The translations under genes and the position numbers were made by a program. A stretch of DNA of 64,000 nt, from positions 5,723,921 to 5,787,920 of the forward strand of contig CAVNZM010000011.1 of assembly GCA_963693365.1 (NCBI GenBank). The letters run 5' to 3'. Shown piece after piece: positions 1 to 30,669 of the stretch. Source of the stretch: Amoebidium appalachense. Its lineage: Eukaryota; Protista; Ichthyosporea. A model generated the notes under the pieces. The model made no database searches and was not told where the DNA came from. It worked only from the letters and a program-made list of their open reading frames with translations. Position 1 is the first letter of the stretch. The number at the start of each line of letters is the position of its first letter.

Positions 1-57
<57 letters not shown>

Positions 58-267
58 ACTCGCGTGTATTCTTTCTTTCGCGCTGACTCATTTCCTGCTT
101 TCTCTTTTTCTTTCATTTCCTTTTTCCACCCGGGGGGGGGGGGGGGGGGTTGCCCCTCACCGATTCTAAATGGGGAGAAGAATGAATCTGGTCTGGTAGA
201 ATGTACAATGGCATTTATCTCTCTCTCTCTCTCTCTCTCTCCCCCCCCCCCCCCCCCCCCCTCTCCG

Positions 268-298
<31 letters not shown>

Positions 299-391
299 AT
301 AAAAAAAAACAAAACCTTCCCCTTTCTCCCGTTTCTCTGTGTCTCTAACTGCTGGAGGTGGTGGTACTGGCGCGCGCGCGCGCGCGTGTGT

Positions 392-431
<40 letters not shown>

Positions 432-623
432 ATGTGTGTGTGTGCATGTGCATGTGTGTGCATGTGTGCATGTGTGTGTGTGCGTGTGCATGTGTGTGTG
501 TGTGGTGACGTGTGCACATTGCATGCATGCACGTACGTATAGATGTGCGTGCTTGTGAGTGTGTGTGTGTGAGTGTGTGAGTGTGTGTGTGTGTGTGTGT
601 GTGGAGGCGGGCGGGCAAAAAAA

Positions 624-662
<39 letters not shown>

Positions 663-683
663 CAGGTAAATATCTGCACGCAC

Positions 684-903
684 CAGTCAGGGTTGACATG
701 ACACCAGCAGGCATGTTGTCTTCGATGTACTTGAGGAATAGCTCCATGGTCTGGTCACTGCAGTCGTACACCTGAGGGATATTTGGGGTTATCTCGTGCC
801 TGGTGTATCCAATGACTTGAAAAATGTAAAAATGAAAATAAAAAAAATAAAAAAAGAGAAAAAGGAGGGAAGGGGAAGGGTGGGTGCCGGGTGGGTGGGT
901 GGG

Positions 904-951
<48 letters not shown>

Positions 952-1206
952 GGAATAGCTCCATGGTGTGGTCACTGCAGCCGTACACTTGACCAAAAAA
1001 AAAAAAAAAAAAAAAGCTATCTCATGCCTGTAATATCCAATCATTAGGAAAGTGCTATTTTTTGGGGGGGAAACAAAAAGAGGGGGGGGGGGGGGGGGGG
1101 GGGGGAGGGGGAAGGGGGGTTAGAGTGCGTTATAGGACACGAAGTACACATTCATGACGGACACAATAATGCAGACTGCAAAGCTCACCTCAAGAGTATG
1201 CATTAG

Positions 1207-1291
<85 letters not shown>

Positions 1292-2010
1292 TGGGGGGGG
1301 GGGGGGGGAGAAGAGGCCACACAGAGAAAGTAGCGAAAATATGTATGTGCGTGTATGCATGTATGCTTGAAATGTGTTTGTGCATGTGTGCATGTGTATG
1401 TGTTTGTGTGCATGAATGTAATAGACTTGCTGATGTGATGGTAAAGGTGGTGGGGTGGTGGTAGAGGAGGGGTCGTGTGTATGCGCGCCTGTGTGTGTGC
1501 ATGTGTGTGTGTGTGTGTGTGCGCACACGCGTGTGTGTATGTGGGAAGGGGGGGAGTGTTGCACACATACCTCTACGAGCCTGTTGTGTGTGATCTTGGC
1601 AAACAGCTCCTTGTGTTTCTTGTGCACGTGGGGGGACTTGAGCACCTGGATCAGCCGCCTGTGCGTGGGCAGCGCAATGCGCCCGCTCACGGGAATGTCA
1701 AACGCTGCAAGTAGGCATTGTTAGTTTTTCTTCCTTTTTTTTGCTTTTTTCTTTTTGTTGATTTTTCCTTTTTCCTTTTTTTTTATAAATAAAGGTTCTA
1801 TGAGTGGATGGAGGCATGGTTTGCCTGATCACGCAAAAGCATTCTGGGTAGCGGGTTGATTGTTGTTGATATTGTTCCTATTTCTAGTGTGTCGCAAAAA
1901 TGTTGGGGAGGTCGTGTAAAACCCATTATTCAAGTTTGATGAGCTACGGGGACTCGTGACAACTGCACTGCACACGAAGCAGCCATAGATATACCGTCGC
2001 TCTCCCCCCC

Positions 2011-2042
<32 letters not shown>

Positions 2043-3491
2043 AAAGACACCCCCCAGGCCACACACCACCACCCATGCCAAGGAAAGGCCTAAAATGCAT
2101 GCAAACCCATCTAAATGGTGCAAGCCACTATCGAAAATCGCTACACTCTCTGCCCTCCTACACCCTCACAACCAGCTTTCTGCACGCTTTACCATCAACA
2201 ACACCTTGGCTCCACAAACACACTTAACACGCCACCAATGAAAAACAACATAAACGTAAGGGGGAAATGAGGGTGTTCCCTTGTACACATTCATGAGGGA
2301 CAACACCGTGTAGAATTAAAAACCACGATTACAAGTATGCAATAAGCAGAGTGGGGGGTGCAGGAGAGAGGGGGGGGGGGGGGGGGGGGGAATGGGGGGG
2401 GTGAACGTGGCAGGCAACAACCAACCAAACCACATTCATGCTCTTCATGGAAAGAGAGGGTTGGCAAAAAAGTGATCAGCAAAACCGAAAAACAAAGGCA
2501 CCACAACTAGAGAGGGTATCAGACAGCATGTTTTGTCTTCGCAGGTCAACCATAGGGTAATAAGAGGAAAACACACAAACACAAAACAAAAGGACCAAAC
2601 CTTGCACCTGCGAGGGGAAAGAAAGAAATCCCCCCCCCCCCCCCCCCCCCTCTGCCCCCCTTGCACACGCACGCACACACACACGCAAAAAAACGCCCAC
2701 GAATACACACACATGCACGCACGCACACACACACGTACATGCACACACACACACCCGCACCCACACACCCACACACACCTAATACCCGTCTAAAGCAGAA
2801 GTGCAAACATAAATTCTCCACATACCCGTTTGCCGATCTCCTGACACACCCACCCATCCTCCCTCCTCCCCCCCCCCCCCCCCCCCCCACCCACCCACAC
2901 CACCACATAGCCGTTTAAAGCAAAAACACAAACATAAATATCCCACATAACCTTGTCCTTTCTTCTGACACCCCACCCCCAGCTCCACCCCCCAACCTCA
3001 CCCCCCTACCCCACCCCCACCCCTCCTCACACACACACAACACACACACACACACACCACTACCACACACCTGTTTAACACACACACACACATACAAAAA
3101 AAAAAAAAAACCCCCGCAAACGTAAATCCCCCACATACCCTTTGCCGATCTCCTGACAAACTCCACATAGCTGTCCAGCACCCTGTGATCGATCCCCTGC
3201 AGCCTCATCGTGCACCGCACGTACTGCTTGCCGTGCGTGGGGCGCGATCGCGGCAATTTCGGATCGGTAATTGGGTTATCCTTGACAAACCAGGCCGTCT
3301 TCTCAGCCATCTGCTTGAAAATTGTATTCTGGTCTGGTTGTTCCTGTTTCTGGATTTCCGAGAACAGTTTGGCGAAATCTGCGGGAGGGGTCGCCGTTTG
3401 TGTTTCCGTTTTTGATTGGCCCCCGGTGGTCGTCTCGGTGGTGTAGTGGCGTACCCATGAACGTGTGCATGCTGAAACCAGACCGGCCTGG

Positions 3492-3538
<47 letters not shown>

Positions 3539-3701
3539 GAGAGAGAGAGAGAGAGTGGGGGGGGGGGGGGGGGGGGTGGACGGAGGGGAAGGGGTAGGGA
3601 GGAGTAGGGGGATGGGAGAGGGGGGAGGGGATGAGAGAGGGGGGAGGGGGGGAATGTGAGGAGAGAGAAGGATGGGGATGGAGAGGGGAGGATGGAGGGA
3701 G

Positions 3702-3736
<35 letters not shown>

Positions 3737-5538
3737 GATTAGAACCCAGCACATGGTATACACAAAGAAGAAAACGACAAAGTACCTGGAAGAGAACGCA
3801 AACAAACACAAAAGGAATGTGCCAACCACAGGGTACACAGTCAGTAGAACCCCAGGAGGCCCCACCGGGAGGGGGGGGGAGGGAGGGCGGGGTGGAGGGG
3901 AAAGGGGGGAGCAGAGTGAAGGCAGGAGGGAGAACCGGGTGGAAGTGGTGGGCCGCGGTCGTGGTGTTTGTGTGTGTGTACACCAGAATCATGGGGTATT
4001 AAAGTGTAGGGAAAGTGAGGAGGGTGGAGACGGGACGGGGGGAGGGAGGGAGAGGGGGGAGGGGAAGGGGGTGAGGGAGGGAAGGGAGGAGTGGGGGGAA
4101 GAGAAAGGATAGGGTGCCCAGGTGTGTGTAATGTAGCAGGCGGGAAACAATAGAACATAGGCACATGTGGAGTGAAAGGCGTAACCCTATATGCCGTGTG
4201 ATGTCGCTCTGTGTGTATCGAATCTCATGTTTTTGTGCGGTGTGACTGTGTGTAACTGTTTGTAGGTGTGTGCTTGTGTGTGTGTGAGCGTGCTCGTGCG
4301 CAGGTGCTAATGGACGCCTGTGGGCATGTGCACGTGTTCCATGTGTGAGCGTGCATGTGTGTGTGTGTGCACGCAGGAGTGCTCGTGTGAGCTTGTCTTA
4401 GTGTGCGGGTGTGCGCTTGTGCAAGTCTGTGTGGGAGTTGCATGCTCGTGCCCGTGCTTGGGACAGGGTGCTCGTGTGCATGTGTGTGAGTGTGTATATG
4501 TATAGTGCATGTTTGCAAGGCAAGAAACAGAAGTCCAGGGAGAAGGGAGAACGAGCGGGGAGAATGTTGCAGGGAGCAATTTATGTGTCTGTGCACTAGT
4601 GGGGACAGAAATAGTAGTGCGGAAGGAAGAAGGGAGGTTGGTATGGTTGGGTAATGAGTGTAGGGATAACGAGAGATGGGGGAACTGGAGGGTGGTGATC
4701 CTTGAGAGAAGTTTTGATACATCCTAGCGGCTGATTCACAGAAACGACGAGCAAAGAGTTTATCCAGGGAAAAAACGACAGGCCCACGACACGGCCTTCA
4801 CCTTCCCAAAAAAGGGCAAAGCCACCAAACAATAACCAAAAAACACGCAGTTGCTGTATGGTGACGATGATGGTGGTGGTTGTGGCGCAAGGCACGAAAA
4901 GGGGGGGGGGGGAGGGAGGGGGGAGGGAGGAGTGAGGAGAGGGGGCGAGGGGTGAGAATGGAGAGAGAGAGACTGTGTGCGTGAAGGATGAGGGAATGGA
5001 AAAGGAGAGGGGGAGGTAAAGGGAAAAGGGAGAGGCAGAGGCAGAGGCAGAGGGAGAGGACGGGGGGGAAAGGGAGGGAGGGAAAATGGAGGGGAGGGAG
5101 AGACGGGGAGGGGCGGGGACATAAAGGGAGAGCGAGCGAGAGAGACAGAGAGAGCAAGAGAGAGAGGGAGAGAAAGGGTGCGGGGGGAGGGAGAGAGAGA
5201 GACAGAGGGAGGGAGGGAGGGAGGGGAAGAGAGAGAAAGGAGAGCTCGCAACGAGGAAGGGTGAAGTTGTAAAGTAAAGGGAGAGAGCCGGGGGAGAGGG
5301 GGAATGAGGGTTGGGAGGCAGGAGAGACAGACAACCCGGGTACACACCCTCCCACATTCTCGCCCCTTCCCCACCAACACACAAGCAGACACATATACAT
5401 AGACACACACACAGACACAAAAACGTGAGTGCTCAAGTAGTGTGTAAAATGATATAAAACGAAAGCTCGTTTCAGAACACTAACCTGCAGAACCGCTGGT
5501 TGCTGCTGCAAAAGCCTGAGCTGTGCTGTCCTCAACAT
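684..5538 (-). CDS. MRPS10: Mitochondrial ribosomal protein uS10m (S10), 4 exons identified, terminal exon not resolved
   Basis: Exons 5538-5485, 3487-3139, 1704-1571, 771-684, all GT-AG with consistent phases (0,1,0,1). Spliced protein: transit-peptide-like MLRTAQLRLLQQQPAVLQAGLVSACTRSWVRHY, then MRLQGIDHRVLDSYVEFVRRSAKAFDIPVSGRIALPTHRRLIQVLKSPHVHKKHKELFAKITHNRLVEVYDCSDQTMELFLKYIEDNMPAGV. LKSPHVHKK...H.RLV and the C-terminal PAGV are S10 family hallmarks. Confidence 0.86.
950..1046 (-). repeat. Degenerate intronic copy of the MRPS10 exon-4 acceptor region
   Basis: ggaatagctccatggtgtggtcactgcagccgtacac (~952-988) matches 735-771, and atctcatgcctgtaatatccaatca (~1019-1043) matches 791-815. 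The in-register acceptor AG is lost in the copy. Confidence 0.85.
1118..1210 (-). repeat. Dispersed ~100-nt intronic element, copy A
   Basis: Minus strand ACTTCTAATGCATACTCTTGAGGTGAGCTTTGCAGTCTGCATTATTGTGTCCGTCATGAATGTGTACTTCGTGTCCTATAACGCACTCTAACC aligns without gaps to 12935-13037. Confidence 0.8.
2283..2352 (-). repeat. Dispersed intronic element, partial copy
   Basis: Minus strand CTCTGCTTATTGCATACT...GTGTTGTCCCTCATGAATGTGTAC shares the family's core motifs. Confidence 0.65.
2792..2975 (-). repeat. Two degenerate copies of the MRPS10 exon-2 3' end and donor site
   Basis: caaacataaattctccacatacccgtttgccgatctcctgaca (~2804-2846) and a more decayed copy (~2929-2970) match gcaaacgtaaatcccccacataccctttgccgatctcctgaca (3116-3158). 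Confidence 0.8.
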
Positions 5539-6399
5539 CCTCAGCGGTTTTTAGAGAGAACAAACGGATATACAGATTTCAAAAGGAGTGAAGTTTGACA
5601 GACGACGATTTGTAGAAAAATATATATTCCTACGCCCACCTCGTTCTAGCGTTGTTAGATAATACACCAAACAGGGAAAACCGCTTGGATGAAGGCGAAA
5701 CTAAACAACATGTGTAGCTTAACAACAAGGATCGGGGAAGGAGCTCGTGTTTATGGGTACCCCAGCTTACTATGCAGCTTATAAAACACAAAAGGAGGTA
5801 AAATAGAATACATCAAGCACGATGAAACTCTAAGACTAACGTTCGCCTCTGTCCCGGCCCCCGCTCTTCTGAGTGAACTGACTGACTTGAGGCTCGTTCG
5901 GTGCATGCAGGCAGTAAGGTGTGGGGTCGTAGTCTGACATTAATGACGCAATATACGACGTCACAAAGACATAATTTATCTGTAGGATTTTGGAGATCAC
6001 AAATAATTCCGTAAAAAAAACAGACTACAACGATTTCTAGGGTCCCTAAAATAGTAAAATACGTCATCTAGGTGCTTTATATAGAATCTAGTTGGGCCAC
6101 GTTTTGTAATATTGGGCGGGAATTTCAGCCAATCATATTGAACCAGCGTGACCAAAAAGTTGAACAGAGTCTTCAACAGAGAGAAGTGAAGTCAACACTT
6201 TCAAAAGTTTCAGTTTGTCGAAACGTTCACCTGCATGTTGCAATTTCTGTCTTTTGGGGCTCATGATTCATTTTGTCATATAACACACTTAGGGCAATAA
6301 GAGACAAAAAGGATTGTTGTTGCTGTTATAGCTGATAGGAACTTACCTAGGAGATCCTGGGTAGGCGCGGCGTGCAGGCACGAGCCACATTCAAACACC
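5539..6399. promoter_or_regulatory. Probable bidirectional promoter between MRPS10 and EIF2D
   Basis: 861 bp of repeat-free sequence between divergent ATGs (5538 on -, 6400 on +). Contains ATGACGCAAT (5943-5952), GACGTCA (~5957), ACGTCAT (6061), ATTGG/GGGCGGG (~6111-6120) and CCAAT (6129). Function of these motifs is inferred only. Confidence 0.55.
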
Positions 6400-24026
<17,627 letters not shown>

Positions 24027-24865
24027 AGGGCTACCCCTCTACATAAGTGAGATCTCTCCTTGTCCGGTTGGGTGCCGGACGGTGGGCAAGGCATCTTTCG
24101 GGACCTACTTCTGCCAGCTTGCCTGATAGTTTTTTCTTTTCTTTCTTTCTTTTTTGTTTTTTTTGTTTTTTTTCCCTCACCTTCCCTCTCTCTTATAAAA
24201 TCAGTCATGTATTGGTTTTCCATTGTTTTATTTTTTATTTTTTTCCAAAAAAAAAAAATTTCAACGGGGGAGGGGGTTGGGGGGGGGGGGGGGGTGTCCT
24301 TTGTGTGCCCTTGTACGAACAAATGCGTCGTTGTTATACCAAGACAGTATTCTAATACAGCATTTCAGTGTTAGTTTGATGTCTCTCACAGAGCACACGT
24401 GAACGGAGGAGGGTAAGAAGAATGTGGGTTTTATTGCACACTAGCAAGCGTATTTGAAGGCTTTATTTTGTGAAGATACCCTTTTTTTTTTTTTTTTTTT
24501 ACATTTGCAAATTTTGAAAAAGGTAAAAGTGTAAGGAACGAAACCTTGATATTTTCCCATGTTTTGGGGTTTGAAACCTTTTTTTTCCCCTCAATCTTTG
24601 TGTTCTTTTTTTTTTTTTTCCGTGTTGGTTTATTGGTTACGAAGGTGCTCGAACGAATGTTGTAAGTAAACCGTGAGATCTGGGGCTGTGCCTGTGGTAT
24701 TTATTATCATACTCTATACTGAAGGAATAAACGTCACCGGTTTGCTATATAGCACTGCGGAACTTGAAGTTCGAGATATTGGGCACACATGGCCCTGTAA
24801 TGTGTATAGTATGGGAGTTTTTTTTTGTTTGTTTTTTTTATTTTATTTTATTTATTTTATTTTTT

Positions 24866-24897
<32 letters not shown>

Positions 24898-24940
24898 TGT
24901 GTGGCTGTGTGTGTGGTGTGTGTGTGCGTGTGTCTGTGTG

Positions 24941-24983
<43 letters not shown>

Positions 24984-25122
24984 CGTGTGGGCGCGCGTGT
25001 GTGTGCGTGTGTGTGCGCACGCACGCGCAGGGGGTGGGGGCTCGGGGGGAGCTGTGACCGTGTGTGTGTGGGCGCAGAGAGGGGGTGGGGGGGGGGGGGC
25101 TGTGACCGTGTGTATGTGCACA

Positions 25123-25168
<46 letters not shown>

Positions 25169-25753
25169 CGTGCGTGTGTGTGCGTGCGTGTGTGCGTACG
25201 TGTGTGCGTGAGTATACGTACATGCAGGTGGGTGGGCAGGCAGGCGGGCATGCGTGCGTGCATGGGAGGTGCATGCAAGCGTGCAAATGTATATATGTGT
25301 GTGCGTCGTGCGTGCATTTATTTGCTCCTGCAAATTTGATAAGATAAAGTTCTGATGTGATGTATATGCATGCACGCGACAATATATTTCACAGCAGCCG
25401 ACCCAGAAATGAATCGAAAGTATATATGATGACAAAGTGATACAATTAGCTTACATACACAATTGTTTTCCCCGTCATAGTTGTATGCAGTGATTATAAT
25501 GATTCAGCAGCTCCCCCCCCCCCCCCCCCCCCCCCCCCCACCACCACCACCACAACAACAACAACAACAACACACGCACACACACACGCACACACAACGA
25601 CCACCTAGTCCACCACCACGACCAAAAAAAAAAACACAAAAACAAAAGATATAGAAAAGGAGGAACGAGAAGGACCATCCCGAGCAGATGGAGTGTTTAA
25701 GCTTTAAGCAACTGCTGATATTTGATCAGGCAGGATTCACAAAAAGTGTGTCA

Positions 25754-25806
<53 letters not shown>

Positions 25807-26308
25807 TGTGTGCATGTGTCATACCGTAAACAGCGCTTGCCGTGACAGATCAGAGGAACTACCGTCTTCCACCCGGCATCGACAATACTCTAGCTAGGGT
25901 CCAACGGTGCCATCAGCTAATTATAAGCTAACACACCATTACGTCCAGTCCTTGAATTATTTGTACACACTTACCCCAGGATTTTTACCCTTTTCCTCGC
26001 GGGATATGTAAGCAGCACGGTAAATCAAATGATCCAGAAAAAAAGGAGAAGAGAGAACAAAACAACAAGAAACGTACGTTATAACCGTTAGTGACCTTTA
26101 TAACGAAAACCAGAAAGCACTTGTGATACTTATGGGTCATTGACACGTTTTACTACGGATATACAAAACGTATGCCTCAGCATGAAATTTAAACCCCACA
26201 TATGATATGTGAGTCATGCGAGCTCAGCTTGAAGAATGGGGGTGGGGGGGTGGGGTGGGGTGGGGTTGGGGGTTGCGGGTTGGGAGCTGGGGGCTGGGAG
26301 GAGGAGGA

Positions 26309-26342
<34 letters not shown>

Positions 26343-27109
26343 CTGGGGGCTGGGAGGAGGAGGAGGGGGGGGGGGGGGGTTAGACAATGGGGCAAAAATA
26401 ACTCGGTTGACCATGAGGATGGGCTCGGCCCTGGTTCGATATTTATGATTCGGAAAGTTTTGCGACTAGTAGTCTCACAATGTTCAATTGAAAATCCTCG
26501 AGCTCATGGGTGAATTCCACATTGCGTATTCACTTCAACTTGGAAAGAAATCTCTCCAAAAAAAATGGGCAATTATTATGCCAACTCGCAGGGAGAAAAG
26601 GCAGGGTATGCATTGAAATGTCCCATTCAACATGTGTGTGGCATGGATCCTTAGCTATGAGCGGTGAAACACAGGAATACTATGTTCTATACGTATTCCC
26701 GGGTTTAAATAATACCCATCACTAGATACATGCTGGGTTCATAATAGCACTTCCAGGTGACCGGACATACCTAATACAGTCTAATACTAGAGAAATGCGG
26801 TGTTCATGATACTATAAACTCCCATGTGAGCAGACATACCCACTAACACATACATGATGTGTTAACGAAAAAAAGAAAATCAGAAAAATATACCCCGGGA
26901 AGGCATTGTAAAACACAACCCAAGTTTCTGCAAACTTCTTACATACACAACATCAGGCCATACCCAATATGCCCACTACTAATTAGCATCCTATTTTAGC
27001 AACCCACAGTGACCCTTCTCACTCAAACCCAATTATGCGGACCAAAAAACTAACACTGGCATAGCAACAAATCCCACCCCGCACCCTCTTTAAAATATTA
27101 ACGAACCAC

Positions 27110-27412
27110 TCAATACATGGCATGGTATTGCATAGGCAAGAATTCAGCAATAACACTGCGACTTAGTCTTAAAGAAAGCGCAACATCGAATGCAGCGGTT
27201 ATGTTTTGCATTCGCCCAGCACCCGTTCTCAGGTCACGAATCCACGATTGCTCCAGCTCATAGCAGTGAACAAATTGGTCTTTGGCCGTGACATGATTAG
27301 GCCCCCTCACAACCGGATACCCCTTTCGCTTGTGCAAGTTGGAGTAGAGACGTTCTGCCAGGCAGAAAGTCTGGTTAGTATGGGTTGGAAATCTACCCTC
27401 CCCCCCCCCCCC

Positions 27413-27501
<89 letters not shown>

Positions 27502-28024
27502 CCACAACCCACAAAATCTACCCCCCCCCCCCCCAAAAAAAAAAAAAAAAAAAAAAAAACACCCACAACAGCTGGACCAACCTCACGCACTCACAAACCA
27601 CACGTGCACCGACACAAACACATACACAAGCATGCCTGCATGCGCAGGTGTGGGCGGGTGCGCACACACCTACCCACCCACCCACCCGCACACACCCGTG
27701 ACACCGACACATCCACACCACACATCCCCCCCCCCCCCCCCCCCCCGTGGCCCCCACCTATCACTTTCCAACAACCTCCGCCCTTGGTTAGTCTTGCCTC
27801 TCTTAGTACATGCACAAGCAGCACAAACACAGATGTATGCACACTCAATCAAGAAAGCAGATGTGTTGTGTGTGTGTGTGTGTGTGTTTGTGTGTGTGTG
27901 CATGCACGGGCATGCGTCTCCGTGTCCTCTTGGAATAGGGAGTACCAGAACGAAAAAAAGAAGTGAAAAAGAGAACGGGCGGGCGGGGAGGCACGGGGGT
28001 GGGGTGGGTGGGTGGGTGGGTGGG

Positions 28025-28063
<39 letters not shown>

Positions 28064-28574
28064 TGTGCTGCACAGTGAGAAGACCACATTCACAAAGAAC
28101 ATCACAATGCAGAACAGAATCAAAGAATATGCGCCGAAAGTCACCAATGGGGCCAGATCTGGCGGGGGAAAGGGGGGGGGGGGGGGGGGGGGGGGGGGGG
28201 AAGAGCGACTTTTTTCCGCTTGAAAATTCACAGCCCCACTCAAGCGCTTTTTTTTTTTTGGGGGGGGGGGGGGGAGGGGGGGGGAGGGGGGGGGGGGGGG
28301 AGGGGGGGGGGCTGGGATAGAACTAGAGTGCCGGTACACAACAACAACATACCTTCATTCTTCAAGACGACACTCCTCCACGCTTGACATGTCTGAAATG
28401 GAAAATCGACAAAAAGTCAGCGGGTTAGATTTGTGTGTAAAAGATGATTTAGGCTTATCTGGTTGCCCAATGAAGCATTGGCCATTTGCCTTTTGACATT
28501 ATAGCCTATCATAGTAACTCGACAGGTACCTAAAACGTTGTGCTAATGCCATCATTTGGAAAAGGCAGAAGTTT

Positions 28575-28605
<31 letters not shown>

Positions 28606-29754
28606 GGGGAGGGGGGAGGGGGAAGCTAAAAATAAAATGCTATATTCAGCAAGCAAGGAGTGTAAAGACATTTCTCTAAGACATGCACAACCTCGTGAGC
28701 CATATAGATAGTTTTTTAGCAACCACACAAGTTGAGTGCAACATAACAAAAGTAATCTCAGAGAACCGGGAGAGAGGGTTGGGGGGAGGGTGGGTGGGTG
28801 TGGGGGGGGGTAGACGGGGGAGGGGGGAAAGGGGGGGGGGGAGGGGGGAAGGGGCAGTTCTTACCCAAATTAAAGACACAGTATTAAGAAAATGGGGCCG
28901 AAAGAGCCACATACACACAAAAAAGACATACAATATGCTGGAACACTCTGTCCACACGTTAATAGTGGTAGTGGACTGAGGAGAAAGGAGAGAGGAGGGG
29001 GCGGGGGGGGGGGGGGGGGGGGGGGGGGGAAGGGGGGGGAGGAGGGGGGGAGGAAGGGGGAAAGGAGGGGTGTGTGTGTCTGTGTGAATTCTGACTAATA
29101 TTAGGTACATATCACCGCCCAGAAAGTAACAAAGCACACCGGAAGTGACAAGACATGGTGCAGCCACACACACATCCATTCAATCTATTAAACACTACTG
29201 CAAAAATACAGAGACAAGAGCAGAAAGACAGTCATCGGCTTCAATTGAAATGGAGAGACGGATCTGGATTCAGGCTTGTCGCCAAACATGATGTTTGTCT
29301 ACATGCTGGAACACACCCAAGGCCATGCACATGCCTGTGGACATTACAAACGGCATAATGAAAGAAGTCGCGGAAAAAGGGGTGTGCGTGTGTGTGCGTG
29401 TGTGTGTGTGTGTGCGTGTATGTGTGTGTGTGTGTATGTGTGTGTGCGTGTGTATGTGTGTGTGTTTACAACCCTTCCCCCCCCCCCCCCCCAAAAAAAA
29501 AAAAAAAAAAAAAGGAAAGCAAACCGAAACGTGTAAGTAGTGGTGCTGAGACCGCGAGAGGAAGGGGGTGGGAGGGGGGTGGGGGTGGGGTGTGGGGGGG
29601 GGAGGTGTGTTCTGAGTATTAGTGTTAGGCAACTTTGTCTGCCATGCACGATCTCTTAAGTACGGTCACTTACCAGGGTCACGCTGCAGAGCGTAGGTGC
29701 GTCGACATGTTTGAACACGTGCAAGAGCAGCTCGGGGGGAAGACTGGTAGCCAT
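27110..29754 (-). CDS. F-box domain protein, 3 coding exons, 3' end uncertain
   Basis: Exons 29754-29674, 28392-28353 and 27354-27110 (GT-AG, phases 0 and 1; TACTAAC branch point before exon 3). Spliced MATSLPPELLLHVFKHVDAPTLCSVTLTCQAWRSVVLKNEERLYSNLHKRKGYPVVRGPNHVTAKDQFVHCYELEQSWIRDLRTG fits the F-box consensus LPxELLxxIFxxLDxxxLxxxxxVCxxWR. It is 121 aa if exon 3 reads to its stop; a possible donor after LRT could extend the gene. An acceptor 9 nt before the ATG suggests a 5'-UTR intron. Confidence 0.76.
28061..28161 (-). repeat. Dispersed intronic element, copy E
   Basis: Minus strand ...TTCTGCATTGTGATGTTCTTTGTGAATGTGGTCTTCTCACTGTGCAGCACATGTGCCCC is colinear with 31909-32014 and flanked by poly-C on the minus strand. 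Confidence 0.7.
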
Positions 29755-30669
29755 GTTGAGAATCTAGTAAAAGAGAAATGAGGATGGAAGAGCTGCTTGC
29801 TCTTGGGGGGGGGAGGGAGCGGGAGAAGGGGGGGGAAGGGGGGGGGGGGGGGGGGGGGGGGGGAGGGCAGCTGCGATGGGAATGAAAGAGGGAGGTGCCC
29901 GACTTCCAGAAAATAAAAACAGCTAAAAGATTCTGTGGCAACACGGGCTCTGTATAGTAATCACGAGGGATGTATATAAACTAGGGGCTCCCGGCTGGCC
30001 GGTGTGCTATTATCATAGGAGGCCCTGGTACGACTGAGGTTGAAACTACAAAGCCACAGCCTGATGATCACTTCATTCTATAGTGAAGGCCGCCAACTGG
30101 CAGCATATGATTAAGCCAGTTAAAATAGCCATTCACGGCTCAATTATCTTTTTACAAATTTTAAAGAAATGTTTTTGAGTCTTAAAGCTTTTTAAAAGAA
30201 CCAAGATTATGACGTTTTTGCACCTCTTTGTGTGAGCCTGCTTTCGTTGCTGCGTGAGCCGGCACGGCGCTGCGGCAACAAACAAATGCAACGAAACAGC
30301 AAACAAAAAAAAAAAAAAGTGAAGTGCGGGCCTAGTGTGTAGTGTAAACATGTGAAACGGAACCATAGGCTTTTAGTGTGAACGGACTAAGTGCACACTG
30401 TAAATATAGGGGGGGACTTTTTAGCTTCTATAACACTGGTATGTTTGCGCTGAGTAGGTTTCTTGACCATTTATCATATTCGTTGGTGACGAAGGATTAT
30501 GCACCATTTAGTCTAGTATCCGTTGCTTGCTGGTTTTCGTTTTCAACACATAATCATCCATCGACCTCCAGCCAAATTCAGCATAAAAGGGGCACACATC
30601 AACTTCTAATTGCACCTTAATACATCTTTTCTTTGCCCTTGCTGCTGGGAGATAGTTCCCTCGCCCATA
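29755..30669. promoter_or_regulatory. Probable shared promoter/5'-UTR region of the divergent F-box and CLPX genes
   Basis: 915 bp between divergent ATGs, largely free of microsatellites. Position-based inference. Confidence 0.45.

Noticed and set aside
300-395. Candidate terminal exon of MRPS10 (acceptor at 367-368 or 396-397)
   Set aside because: Phase-1 continuation runs into poly-G without a nearby stop or recognisable S10 sequence. The true exon may be here or beyond the window edge, so it is left unannotated.
25824-25890. Possible downstream F-box exon on the minus strand
   Set aside because: AG/GT flanks are present but there is no recognisable protein motif, and it abuts a dispersed repeat.
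27759-27802. Extra phase-1 exon in the F-box gene (EARLTKGGGCWKVI)
   Set aside because: Weak acceptor, and exons 2 and 3 join well without it.
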